A DNA stretch of 64,000 bases from Octopus sinensis (lineage: Eukaryota). Positions 39,440 to 51,978 of the stretch are shown piece by piece (within the stretch, counting starts at the first letter, position 1; each line of letters opens with the position of its first letter). A program made the translations under genes and the position numbers. The stretch is from NCBI RefSeq assembly GCF_006345805.1, contig NC_043004.1, forward strand, positions 53,754,001 through 53,818,000. Direction: 5' to 3'. The notes under the pieces are model-generated. The model saw only the letters and a program-made list of their open reading frames with translations. It was not told the origin of the DNA and did not search any database.

Positions 39440-39790
39440 ACATTCCAGCAGCCACACACACACAAGCTCGCTATCACACACGTACATACATAGTTACTAC
39501 CACACACGCTATCACACACACACACACACACATACACACACGCTACCGTAAGTACACACACTACCAAACACACACACACATACATACCGGCCATCTTCAT
39601 ACACTCCTGTCCCAGAAACTACTTTTTCTTTCTCCTTCCAATTCCGGTCACTTCAAAAGTGTAACCGCACATGGACTGTTGACGATTTTTCCTTCATTTT
39701 CATTGGGTTTTTCTGTTTCCGACGAAGAGCTATGCTGGAAATGTTAACAACAATTCTCTCCTTTCACCGAGCGTCCAATTAATACATTTC
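39440..39790 (+). mobile_element. PLE-type 3' end: (CA)-rich tract followed by terminal repeat with minimal HHR; homologous to 56200-56700
   Basis: CCGGTCA.TTCAAAA.GTG..CCGCA.ATG.AC.GTTGACGATTTTT...GTTTCCGACGAAGAGC...GAGCGTCCAA shared with the reverse complement of 56270-56450. Confidence 0.7.
39715..39749 (+). ncRNA. Minimal hammerhead-like motif (family F), degenerate copy
   Basis: GTTT-CCGACGA-A-GAGC-TAT-GCTG-GAAAT-GTT-AACA. Confidence 0.5.
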
Positions 39791-39875
39791 TTGTGCACGT
39801 TCTCATGTTATTTTTTTTCTCCTTTCTCTCTGTTTTTTAATTGCTTGCTTACTTGAATTGACTATATATATATAT

Positions 39876-40450
39876 ATACGGGGGTGTCTTCTAAATTACG
39901 CAAAAATCAAAAATAACACTGACATCTCAGTTTAACAGATATATTTACTAAAATTACATAAAAATATCATGAAATACAAAATGTATTCATTAAAATCGCC
40001 ATTGGCTTCAACCACGGCCTCCAGAGGATTTCGGAATCTCCTGCCACTCTTCTGGGTGGTCTCCTTATATAAGTTGGTGAATGCTCCTTTAATCCTTGCT
40101 TTCAGTTCACTTTAGGTGTTACAAGCAGTTTGGTTGGTCTCTCGCTCAATTGCGCCCCACACATTATAATCAAGTGGTATGCAGTCTGGGGAGTTATGTG
40201 GCTTTATGTTAGGGATGATGTGTTCGCAGAAATTGTCTGACAGTCATGACTGGATTCTCCTGCTAGTGTGAGATGGTGCAGAGTTCAGTAACCACCCTCT
40301 TCATTCAGGGCAGCAATACCTCCTCCAGGCATTTGATGTAGGCTTCCCTATTGAGTGTGAGGCCGTGTGGGAAGATGAATAAAGGCATAACGCCGCCATC
40401 ACTAGTGATCACTCCAATTGCAATAAATGTTGACATTTAAAACGAAATTG
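39876..40450 (-). mobile_element. Tc1/mariner-superfamily transposase C-terminal remnant with right end
   Basis: Minus translation: PHNSPDCIPLDYNVWGAIERETNQTACNT*SELKARI..AFTNL.KET....RRFR..LEAVVEANGDF; TA|CGGGGTGTC terminus. Confidence 0.8.
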
Positions 40451-40749
40451 AAGAGATGTTTATAAAATATTGCCTACATGCAACAGAACTCAGCTACCCT
40501 GGAAAATTATAAGTTAACAGAAACCATATAAAGCCAGGATGATCTCAAATATACCGCAGTTCAAAGGTGGCTTAGCTAAAAGAAACGCCAAAGTCACTGT
40601 CAATACAATTTCTGTTAAATAAAATAAAAGTTCTTCTCTATGATGAGTAATACTTCAATTAAAGTAAAATTGTTGTAAAACTTTATACACATACACACAA
40701 AATTTCATCACACACAACATGGACCAAATTTCTTCATAAGAAAAATATA

Positions 40750-40808
40750 TATTCAAATAAATAAAACATAATAGCTTGAATAGTGATACCGAAACCGGTC
40801 GATATATT
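40750..40808 (+). ncRNA. 5'-truncated hammerhead remnant
   Basis: Inner stem II TATTCAA/TTGAATA then GAAAC-CG-GTC; the CTGANGA core and stem I 5' strand are absent. Confidence 0.4.
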
Positions 40809-40974
40809 AAAAATTATATTAAAACTATGTAAGTGTGCGTATTTTCCTTTCTTAATTTCTTATATATATTACATTACAACTCACCACGTGAGGATAATCG
40901 AAATTCCTCTTTCTGTTACTACTATATATATAAATATTGTTTGAGTATATATATATACACATATGTATATATAT

Positions 40975-41053
<79 letters not shown>

Positions 41054-41258
41054 GTGAAATAGAAGATGAATAATCTTGTAGTAGATTAATCAAAAGTTTA
41101 ACCGATACTTAGTAGCAAAATCACAGCAGTAAACAGCACGGTTGGAGGTACAACCATCTGGCGTTGCAACCGTGCGTTGGTGCGGATAATTGAAAATAAA
41201 CATTATTGGTGAATTGAAGAAATGGAGCTGAACGCAGATTGAACAGAAATCGTTTTAT

Positions 41259-41344
41259 TTCATTCTACACGTGTTTCGAAAGGCACAAATTACCAAAATC
41301 CGATTGAATAATGGGACCATATTGTGTCTTTCTCTTCAGAAGAA
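41259..41344 (-). ncRNA. Type I hammerhead ribozyme (family A), copy 1
   Basis: Minus: TTCTT-CTGAAGA-GAAAG.CACAA...TTGTG.CTTTC-GAAAC-ACGT-GTA-GAATGAA; one C missing in stem I relative to copies 2 and 3. Confidence 0.8.
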
Positions 41345-41932
41345 AAAAGAAATCCGTTGGAAAAACAAAAACAGAACAGAGGCGGAGCAAAAAACAATCG
41401 AACTGTGCTCCTAAGAGCCCATGGCGAAACTGTTTATCAGTGTATGTTGAGAACCGGTGGCTGAAGAATTCAACGGGTCAGGCATCGGTCAATCATGTGG
41501 GTGAGGGTGTATAGATGTTCTTTGTGACCGAGAATAAGTTCTGACTATTTAAAGAATATTGGATGTTTTATAAGGGGCGAGAAAAAATCTACTTAGACGC
41601 GTGTGTGTGTATACTGTTCTATATTGTGTGTGTTGGCGTAGGGGTAGAAAACATTTTTTGTGTACGTGTGTGCGTTTGATCGTTCGGCTGTCAGTGGCTA
41701 CTGCCGTGATAACCGTTGGTGGCAGAAAGAAAAAAATAAAAAAATTATATATATATATTATGTTTTATGTGTTGTGTGTGTGTTCATCTAAGCCTGCCTT
41801 GACAAGGAAACCCCCCGCTGTGAAAAAACCAAGCCCCGTTTGTCTTACAGGAGTAATTTCCCTTGCAGTGGTTATCGTAGATATCTTAAAGGCTATTTCA
41901 GAATTTGTTACCAAGGGCTATGGGTGCCGGTA

Positions 41933-42320
41933 TTATTTATAAACGCTATTAAAGGCCAGATAAGTGTAACGCCGCCAATGGGGGCATCGAAAAGCCGACT
42001 GTAAGAGCCCGTTTACCATCCGGCCTCTGGCAAACAAAATATGGAAGAGTTCGGAGACACAAAGGTTGCACTGTCTTCTGCCCCTATCAAATGGGAGGGC
42101 CACCGACAAAATTGACCATTCCAGCCTATAGCTTAAGTTCGCATCCTTCAGTCGCCATATTAGCTTACTGAGTCCCGTGGTCTGGCGCTTGTTCACGTCC
42201 CGAAAAGTTGCGTAATGGTTGGAGACACGCAAAGACAATCTTGAGGATGATGCCCCTACATAAGTGAAGGCATCTGAGTCCGTGTAAACCTTGCATTGGT
42301 AGACGGCGTTTTTGATCTTG
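41933..42320 (-). pseudogene. PLE GIY-YIG endonuclease domain (family A), N-truncated
   Basis: AVY-x-YVG motif pair, NH, CxLC and CxH near the C-terminus. Confidence 0.85.
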
Positions 42321-43051
42321 GAGTTCGCCGACGTGAATCTTAATCTGCTAGGATTGGTTTCTGAAATTAGAACTGCGTTCCACTAATTTGAAGTATGTCA
42401 GTGTCTTCTCAAATCATGCCAAAACCATAACAGACAATTTGGTTAAAAACATCTCTCTAAGATTGTCTGGCTTGTCCGCCAGTGCCGATATTTTATGCAG
42501 AAAGCGGATTTTTATAACGCGCGCACTATCCAAGGCCGGTTATAGGCAGAAGGTAATTATATTGATCCTGCCCTTCCGATGCCATCATTCGGTCATCAGG
42601 ATAGGGCCGTATATAATAACATTAACATTTTAAGTAAGGACGGGAGCGCGGCGGATGCCGGGGTAGTCGCTCCCGCATTTAATTTAGCGAACAAGGATAA
42701 TTATCGGTCCGGGAGGTCTTACACTAACCCAAGACCCGTTATTCATCCGAGAATCACCCACCCGAATGCGAGAGCTGGCGTCCCGACCCATCACACTGAT
42801 AGGAATAAGCATATATGGTTTGTAATCCCCTTTGGTAAGCAGATTAGAACTAACCTCCCCCTCATGTTTAGACAAGCCATCGCCAATAACTTCCCCAGAA
42901 TTCCAATATTACTCCACGGTTAACTCACATAAGTTAGGATAGCTTTCTCCAACACTAAAAACCTCGCCCAGATAATCGCCTCCCATAATAATAGGCTACT
43001 TACTAAGACCCTATCACCTTTTTCCGGAGGCACAGCCTCTTCCGCTCCCGG

Positions 43052-43935
43052 TTTAATGCTGATAGATAGACATTTTCCAGTTAACCATGCTTATAGGAAA
43101 CTCTTTAATAGACACAATTTAAAAATTAGTTTTAGTTCAACTACCAATTTTAAAAACATAATCAATCATAACATACAAAAAACACAAGAAGAAAACAGCT
43201 GTTCATGCAGGAATAAAGAATTGTGCCCGCTAAATGGAGCTTGCATGTCCAAGACCATCATATATGAAGCTACCGTAAACTCTATAACCACTAAAGACAC
43301 CGTTTCGACGAAGAAATACGTGGGCCTGACAGAGGGTATTTCAAGGCCAGGTTCAATAACCACACTTTGAGCTTTAGGCACTGGAACAAAAGAAAAGCGA
43401 CACAATTATCCAATCATATTTGGTCTTTAAGAGATAAAGGTGTCGATTATAACATACAATGGAAGATTTTGGCCAGATGTAAGCCCTATACTAACGGCAG
43501 CGGAAGGTGCGGTTTATGCGACATGGAGAGATGGCTTATCTGGAAAAGCAGCTTAGACCCTACCACATGTCTAAATACAAGGACAGAGCTTTTCGGATCA
43601 TGCCCACATGTGACTAAATTTCTGTTACGTTTTGGTCCCCTAAAGAAAACGGATAGAACATGCTTTCTGTGTTATGTCCCAAGAAGATTTTATATATTTT
43701 ATTATTTTTATATATATTTTTATGTATTTTATATAATTTTTATGACGAAAAATGCGAGCGATGTATAAGTACGCAGGCAAAGCAGAGTTATAACAGAGTA
43801 ATTTCCCTTCATTTTTAACGGTATTTTTTCATAACGTTTTCAAATAGCCAGATAACCGAAGAGATGGTGTTGTGGATTTCCACTCGGCATCTGAAACTCA
43901 GAGTTTTATCTTGACTACCGAGTAATGTAACATAT
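43052..43935 (+). mobile_element. Penelope-like element family B, 5'-truncated (linker + GIY-YIG EN + 3' end)
   Basis: LIDRHFP..H.YRKLFNRHNLKISFS, CSCRNKELCPLNGAC, IIYEATV...KYVGLTE, SFRH...TQLSNHIWSL, CGLC, CPH; ends at (TA)-rich tract. Confidence 0.9.
43850..43911 (+). ncRNA. Hammerhead-like motif with non-canonical core (family B)
   Basis: Stem I AGATAA/TTATCT; CCGAAGA 43856-43862; stem II GATG/CATC with inner GTGG/CCAC, one extra T; GAAAC-TCAGA-GTT. Confidence 0.6.
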
Positions 43936-44697
43936 TGTATTATAGATATATAATATATATATATAATATATATTTATTTATTTATTTATGTAAATATAAA
44001 TATACATATATGATTATATATATACGCGCGCACACATACATGTACATATACACACACTTGCATCAGTATACACATTTAAAGTTTTCATGCATGTGTCATT
44101 CTCTTCGTCTGGGACGAATTGACAGTCAGAATGATGTCAATACTGTCCAACAGTTTCCTGTAGTCTTTCAAGTGTAAGGATGTCACCTGATATTTTCTGG
44201 GTTTTTATATATATATATATATATTAGCACACTAATTTTTACTCGGTATTACTTTGCCTTGCATCAGTTAGTGGGGCCAGTACTTCTTTGAGCCTATTGT
44301 TTCTCAGGTCTCATCTGAGCTGCAGTAGTAGCATACGTCGCAAGGGTAATTAGTTTGTAAACAGTGAGAGGTCAGAAGTGAATATGAGAAGGATCAGCCC
44401 TGGACCAAATCACGGGTGGCCTGTTGACTACGTCTAGCCCCCACTGACCCCAAGAGGACAGTTTCGTTGAAATCACATTACCCAGCGTTGGACTATTCCG
44501 GCAGGTCAAGTTATTGATTCAATGCTGAAGTCAACAAAACTCAACGGCCAGGATCAGCAAGTTCAGTTGGCGAACTCTGGTCCTGGTTTACGATGATGCT
44601 GATGATAATAATGCTGATGATGATATCTACTCTGTCCTCAATACATCCACACCTTAATACCACATATGAAACACGCTATGCTGCCCTTTCTTTATCT

Positions 44698-44741
<44 letters not shown>

Positions 44742-45127
44742 GTTTTCTTATGCTATTTGCTAAGTTACGAGCACAGTCTCAGTTTTAATACTTCTTTCCC
44801 ACAAGGAGACTGTACAATCTCCATGAAGAATCTTGCAAATTACCGATTAAGTATACACCCCATGATCAGGTCTTACAAGGAACGAAGCTATGGATCTAAC
44901 AACACTCAAACTTTGATGTATCTAGTCGTAGAATATACTCAGCGCCATATGTGTCACATACATACACGAAAATCATTTATCTACGATATTTTGTTTACTG
45001 TTAGTACAATAAGCTCAATGAAGACTAAGTAAACAGACATATGTGCATAGCTAATATATATTTATACATATGCATACATATATACGTACACATATACATA
45101 TTTACACACACATACACTATCACTAAC

Positions 45128-45158
<31 letters not shown>

Positions 45159-45200
45159 TATGTAGATATATTCATATACACACACAGACAATATATGTAT

Positions 45201-45248
<48 letters not shown>

Positions 45249-45394
45249 TATATATATTATGTACACATTTAGCACACATTCGCATGCAGCCCGAGGAGAG
45301 TCGTGAGAAGAGAAACTTGGGGATCGCTACAGGGCATAAAGCATAAATAAACTAGATACATACGTAGAAAAATTGACAAGTATGCAGGTATGGC

Positions 45395-45434
<40 letters not shown>

Positions 45435-45436
<2 letters not shown>

Positions 45437-48400
45437 TGTTTCTTTATAAACCACACAGGGCTGCACACAGATAGAACAAATTACAAGGTAGAGCTTTTCT
45501 TTTGAAGGTTTAAAAAAGAAAAAAGGGAAGGGGGATGGTGTTCGATAAAAAGGGATCGTAAAAGGAGAGAAAGAGGACAAAAAAGGGGGGGTTAAAAAAG
45601 AAAGGGGGAGAGGAAAAAAAAATAAAGTGTAAAGGGGAGGACAGGTGAGGTTTACCCGTAGAAAGAAAAGCCTACGGAAAAGACCACGGTAACCTCGGTC
45701 AATGGAGTCACATGTTATATTTCTTTTTTTTTTTGCGAATAAGCAACTCTCTGTTTTCAATTTCTGGGTTCATAGGATCATGCTCAAGGTGGCTTCGTCA
45801 TTCATACGTGCCATTCTTGCTACATTCACACATCTTTTTTTAAAACATTCGCTAGACAAAACTTGCCTCTCTACTCTCACTTTCCTTTTCAAGTGGTACT
45901 TGAAGAAGTTGATGAGAGATTGACCAGAGAGGAAAGTGTTTGTCTCCAATCCTTTCAGACGCGTCCACCAGATACATTCTTTCGCCATAGCCACAAGGAT
46001 GATGAAAATAGCTCTTCCTTCCCGTTTGAAGGAAGGAGGCGTGACAATATTGACGATAGACTCAGCTGATAAACCGACTCGTCCCACACGTGACAGCAGT
46101 TGTTCGACATAAGCCCACAGGTGGGAAATTGTTGGACACTGCACGAGTGCGTGCAGAACGGTTTCGTCGCTCTGACCGCATCTCGGGCAGGTCGGCCCCG
46201 TGTTTCTCGAGCCGTGTCTGTAGAGCTTATCCCGAACGGGTAGCGCTTCTCGGTAGCACTGCCAGGCCAGGGATCTCTGGAAGTTGTCCATGGGCCCTGG
46301 CCCGAAAGTCGTCCTGAACAGGCAGGTCAGGTACTCCTCGTCGACGTCCAGGTTCGCCCCGAGCTCGTCGTCGTACCTCCCCTCCACTAAACCCCTATAG
46401 AATGCTTTGGTTGTGTTGAAGTCACTCAAGGTCGACCCAGGATGGCAGAGTTGCTTGAGAGCAACGCGACACTCGCGGTGCCATTCGCCCTTCCTCGGCC
46501 TCTTTTTGATCCACGACTGCAGTTCGGTCATGGAGACGAGCTGCGGGAAAGCGTGCCTCACAAACGGCGACCACACCTGTTCACGTCGTCTACATAGAGC
46601 CAGAGATGTCGCAGTCTCAGCGCGTGTCTGCGCATCATCAACCACGGCATGCCCAGCCCTCCTTTTAACGGGTGTTGACAGCAAATGGATTGCCTGACCA
46701 TCGGGACGCATCCTTTCCACAAGAAGCGAAAGAGAATGCGTTGTAGTTTGGTGATGGTAGGGTCGGGACAAGGTACGACGGTCAGGCGGTAGTAGATGAC
46801 GGACGCGATGTACGTGTTCGCCACCTCCGCCGAACCTTTTAGGGACAGTTTCCTCTCGGCCCATTGCCGGGCGAGAGTGACCACCCTACTCGTTATCTCG
46901 TTCGAGTTCTTCTCCACTTGGAGGTCCGGACCAAACCAGACCCCGAGCAACTCAACCGAGCCGTCGGTCCAGCGTCCCACGACGGAGGCGCTGGTGACGG
47001 CATGGCTTGCTTCTCCAGGTGCCTATCGCAAGCCCACTGACTTTTCCCGGTTGATTTTCGCTCCTGTCACGCTTCGTAGTTTTTCATTTGTGTCTCGCCG
47101 ACCTGCTCGATGTGCTCGTGGCTGACACTATGACGGTGACGTCGTTCCGCGTATGCAGACACGCTCGTCCCGCATCCCAGTTCTCGCGGGATGCCTGTCA
47201 AGGTTGCCAGCTTCCGCAATAATGGCTCGAGAGTCAATACGTATTGAAACGACGAGAGGGGGCATCCCTGACGGACCGAACGTGCAATGTCGAAGGGTCT
47301 CGATAGATGTCCATTCACGCGAATTACCGAACGGATGCCTCTGTACAAAGCGGCTATCCAGCCGCGGAAGACGGGACCGAAGCCAGCGGCTCCGAGGACC
47401 GCCTCCAAGTATCGATGGTCCACCCTATCGAAAGCTTTCGATTGATCCAAATTGATCAGCGCCCCACCCATGCCAGGTTCGTTAACTACCCTGTCTATGA
47501 TGTAGCGCATCAGGTGGAGTTGTCATGGATGGTCCGGCCTGGCACGGCGCATGTTTGCGCCTTGTCGACCAGTTTCTCGATGACAAGCGCCAACCTCTTG
47601 GCTAGCACCTTGGCCAAAATTTTCAAGCCTGCATTAAGCAGAGTGATGGGCCTAAAGTTATCTATTACATTTCCCTTGTTTAGATCTTTCTTCAGCAGTG
47701 TTACGGCTCCTCGGCTCACAAAACCAGGAATGCTCCCGTTTTGCTGCCAGTTGCAGTACACCGCCGCCAGAGATCTCCAAACAAGTCTGGCATACCATTG
47801 TAAGCTCGTAGTGTAGACCATCCAAACCCGGCGATTTGTCCCTCGAGCATTCTGCCATCGCTTCCTGCACTTCCGCCGCCGTGATGGCACCTTCGCAGCA
47901 CCTGCCTTTCTTGTCGAAGAGTCGTGTAGGCTATGTAGGTAGGCACTGAAGTCCACCCTGCGTTCTTGCCCTCCACTCGTTCCGAACAGTCGGGCAAAAT
48001 CTGCTGAAGGCCTCACACATTTTACTTGGCTCGAGCAATTCGCGCCTCTGTTCATCTACCAGGGACCGAATGGTGGCTTTGTTGCCTGTTGCGCTTCTGC
48101 CACCCGGGCCTCTCTCGCGGCTCCAACACCTTCGTTCCTTAGAGCACGCATCCTAGCTCTGACAGCACATCCTTCGTTTTTGGCGTTGAAGTGTTGGTCG
48201 AGGGCCAACCTCGCCGCCAAAACGTCGGATGCGATGCCGCTTCTAATTGCCTCTTCTAGCTTCTTAACTAGCTCACCCTCTACTCTATTTCTATCTATGG
48301 CTAGTGCTTTGCTGTACCTAATCGCTTCTGCTTTTACTGCTCTCTTGAGGGCAAACCACCATTTGTTGTTGATGATGGCTCCCGTCAAAGCCCTCTTTAC

Positions 48401-50180
48401 TAGTGTGCTAATCCGGTCTCTGAAAACCTGTCTCGATGGGAAAGACGCGTTTAGTTTCCAGTATCCGGACCCTGCCTAAGTGTCTTACCTAAGTCTAGCG
48501 TACATGTCACAAGTTTGTGATCCGTGTAGCTGACTATGTGGAATTGTGGACATCCTATGCTATCTCTGTCTACTGTCCTACACAGTATCCTATCTAGATA
48601 CGATCTCGACGACCCGATGCGGTTGCTCTATGTCCACGTTGGCGCATTCGGGTGGTCTAGTCGGAACCTGTCAGACAGTTGAAAGCGTCTGAGCAGGTCT
48701 CTGAGGCATTTGCATCCTCGTCTATTCCTATCTCTACCCACGTAGTCTACATGCGTGTCCAAGGTAGCATTCCAATCCCCCACTAAGAGTAAAGGACGAG
48801 ACGTTCCCAGACAGGGGGAAAAATAAATGTTGAACTGTCCGCCAAACATGGTCTTTAGGGCCCGCGGATTGTGGAGTCTGGTCTCACTTATGGCTATGAT
48901 TTCTAACTTATGTGACTTTATGTCATTTAAGAGTACCCTTGTTTCCAGGGAACCCCAAGCCACGCGTATTTACACAACCAATCTTGATCATAGTCCTAAT
49001 GAATAGAATACAAGTGAAAGGAAACAGAGGGTTACTTACTGCTCGAAAGTTTTTGCTTTCTCCTCCTTTGGTTTGTCCTCGAGGAGATCCCAGTACAGTT
49101 TCTTGTGAGATATTTTTGGCATTTACCAACCGCGCTGGGGAAAATGCCTTTGAGTGTGTGGTGCAGACTTTTGGAGATGTGTAATATTTTGATGTGGTCT
49201 GGTGGTGTTGTGTATGGGTTATTGTTTGTTTTTATGTCATCTTCTGTTATGTTTGTTTTTGATTGGATGTATTCCATCAATTTGTGTTTTTGGTGTCTAT
49301 AGCTGTGAGCATGTTTGCTGTATATATTTTTGTGGTGTTGTGTGGCTGTTGTTTGCGTTGGGTTTTGAAATGTTTTCGTGAGATGTATTTCCCCTGCTTT
49401 GTTCGTGTTTGCATTTGGTTTGGTTGTGTTTCTGCTCTTATTTTCCTTCTTTTTGTAGCTATTTGCCATTCCTCACTGGTTTCGTCTTCCGACGAATTTC
49501 TGAGGAATCAGTAGGGGTAGGGGTATGTTGTGGGCTTCTATGTATGTCTGTGTAAGTGGTTGTGTTGTTGTTGGTTGTTGAGTGTTGTGTGTGTTGAGTG
49601 CGGTATAAGGGATGGGGATCAGTTTGTGTGTTTTTCTTTGTTTTTCTGTTCCTTGGGGTTTTGCTGTTGTTGGTGGTGTTGGTATTTTTTCAGTGTTGAG
49701 TGTTTTTTGGTTGATGACGGATTAGCTTGGTGTGCTTCTCTTGTCGTATTCTGTGTTGATGGTGGTGTGGGTAGTAGAGCTTTTTTTCCGGAGTGCTTTG
49801 GTTGTGGTAGTGGTTGTTTGTTGTGCTCTTGGTGTGCAGTGGTTGGGCACGTCTTTTTCAAGTATGTTTCGCTTCCACACAAATAGCAGCGTGGTCGCCT
49901 GCCCTCTACCACTATATAGAGTTTGTAGCCTCCTGGCAGTTCTATAGCGGTGGGTATCTTCTCTCTTGCTGCTTCATCCAATTGAAGCAGGATTCGATTG
50001 ATTTGCCCACATAGTCTTTCTCTCCTAGAACCGCGATTTCAAGGATGTTGTCTCTGACATTGTCTCTGTCATTTCAAAGCAGATGGCAGAGACCAACCAT
50101 TGTGTTTCGACTTCAAGTGGTATGTTTTTATTTGGACTTTCGTGACCCTTTTGTTTAAATAGACTGGTATCATTACCAAA
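45435..50180 (-). mobile_element. Tx1-like copy 3, 5'-truncated within ORF1, many frameshifts
   Basis: ORF2 fragments 45770-48963 highly similar to copy 1; ORF1 remnants 49032-50170 with GRRPRCYLCGSETYLKKTC; (GATA)n on both flanks. Confidence 0.95.
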
Positions 50181-50283
50181 TAGATAGATAGATAGAGGAG
50201 CGAGAGACAGACAGACAGAGGGACAAAAAGACAGATTGGTATTTCATCAAGTATGTCATAAATATCGTATACATTTTTATAAG

Positions 50284-50334
<51 letters not shown>

Positions 50335-50363
50335 ATATATATATATTTGTGTATATATATATA

Positions 50364-50541
50364 CCGGAGTAAACACATGAATGTGAAACAAGGTGGAAAA
50401 AAGAGTACTCAAATACCAGTAGTAGAGTAATATGCTTTATTTAAAGCAGCAGAAAATTCAACATAACCTGTTACTCTTTTTTTTACCGGGAGACTCAGAG
50501 TAACAGGTTTTGTTGAATTTTCTGCTGCTTCAAATAAAGTA
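50364..50541 (-). mobile_element. Miniature PLE-type fold-back, same family as 5358-5497
   Basis: 43-bp arms 50435-50477 / 50497-50539 (2 mismatches) plus ~70-bp tail, (TA)n flanks. Confidence 0.7.
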
Positions 50542-51253
50542 TGTATATATATAAATACGTGTGTGTATCTGTGTGTTTATGTGAATGGTATAAATGTATT
50601 TTTGTGATAGAGATGCGTGCACTAATTGTAAATGCGTGTGTATGTGTTAGTAGAAAGCTCATGAAATTTGAGCGTGTATATAAATATCATCGTATCGGGA
50701 TCAACACGCACACACACATACACACAAACACAAACAAACGTACAAACACACACACACACATATATATACGCACATTTGGACACATGTACATGTAGACACT
50801 AACGTACATATACATACGCGCGCTCACCCACACAAACAAGGATAGATATGAATATATTATCACGCATCTAGATAGACTTGACAGTGTGCAGATTCTCATG
50901 AACAATGGTATATGTCGTTATAGCAACTGAAAGGATCGCGTTCCCTAATCATAAATGATATTAGTAATAAGAAATATAATGATAAATTCTTAAAATGTTT
51001 AGCATCCTAACGCTTACAATATATCATCTTGTAAAATATAGGTGAATTTCCATAAGATATATTGTATGCCTCATAAATCATAACCTAATGACATTTTTTT
51101 TTTCTCTTTGCATATTCGCAAACTTCCTTCAGTCAGTTCTTTCGCTATTCATTCAGTCACCTGTTATTTGATTTATACATGTGTATCCAATTCGTATGTG
51201 TATATATGTATACATATATATAATATATATATATATAATATATATATATATAA

Positions 51254-51284
<31 letters not shown>

Positions 51285-51459
51285 TTAGATAGATAGATAG
51301 ATATATAGGTATATCTACACACGCACACACGCGCACTTACACGTGAGTGTGTTGTGTGTGTGTGTGTGTGTGTGTTCAAGTAAGCATGTATCTCAATTAT
51401 TGTATGATAAATTAGATTATATATTTAATCTTTAGCTGATAAGAATTTGCTGATCTGAA

Positions 51460-51778
51460 TGTTGGCTCTGTGATTAGAGCGTCGGGCTCACAATCATGAG
51501 GTGTAGTGAGTTCGATACCCGGACCTGGCGTGTATTGTGTTCTTGAGCAAGTCATTTAATTTCACGTAGCTCCAGTTCACTCAGCTGTAGAAATGAGTTG
51601 TGACGTGATTCGTGCCCAAGCTGTATTGGCCCCTATGCTTTTCCCTTGGATAACATTTATCTTGTGGAGAGGGGAGTCTGGTATGCTTAGACAACTTCTG
51701 GTTTCTCATTCCATACACATACTTGCCCGAAGTCGTACCTCGGAGGGTAACTTTCTACTTGCAATTCCATGGGTCATA
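51460..51778 (+). mobile_element. tRNA-derived SINE (family 3)
   Basis: TGGCTCTGTGATTAGAG...GAGTTCGATACCCGG; homologous to 19647. Confidence 0.75.
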
Positions 51779-51781
51779 TAC

Positions 51782-51831
<50 letters not shown>

Positions 51832-51892
51832 AAACATTATTGGTGAATTGAAGAAATGGAGCTGAACGCAGATTGAACAGAAATCGTTTTAT

Positions 51893-51978
51893 TTCATTCT
51901 ACACGTGTTTCGAAGGCACAAATTACCAAAATCCGATTGAATAATGGGACCATATTGTGTCTTTCTCTTCAGGAAGAA
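51893..51978 (-). ncRNA. Type I hammerhead ribozyme (family A), copy 2
   Basis: As copy 3, with a 1-nt deletion in the stem II 3' strand. Confidence 0.78.

Larger units (their letters stand above)
41052..43051 (-). mobile_element. Penelope-like element family A, 5'-inverted insertion (EN + 3' UTR/terminal repeat on minus; RT thumb/linker on plus)
   Basis: Minus 42320->41933: KIKNAVYQCKVY...YVGAS...SNHYATFR...LSKLIWRLK...WSIL...CNLCVSE (GIY-YIG). Plus 42321->43051: FADVNLNL...YVSVFSNH...RRLS-like...WFVIPF...NNFP...IAFSNTKNL. Ends in (TA)n at 41052. Confidence 0.88.
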
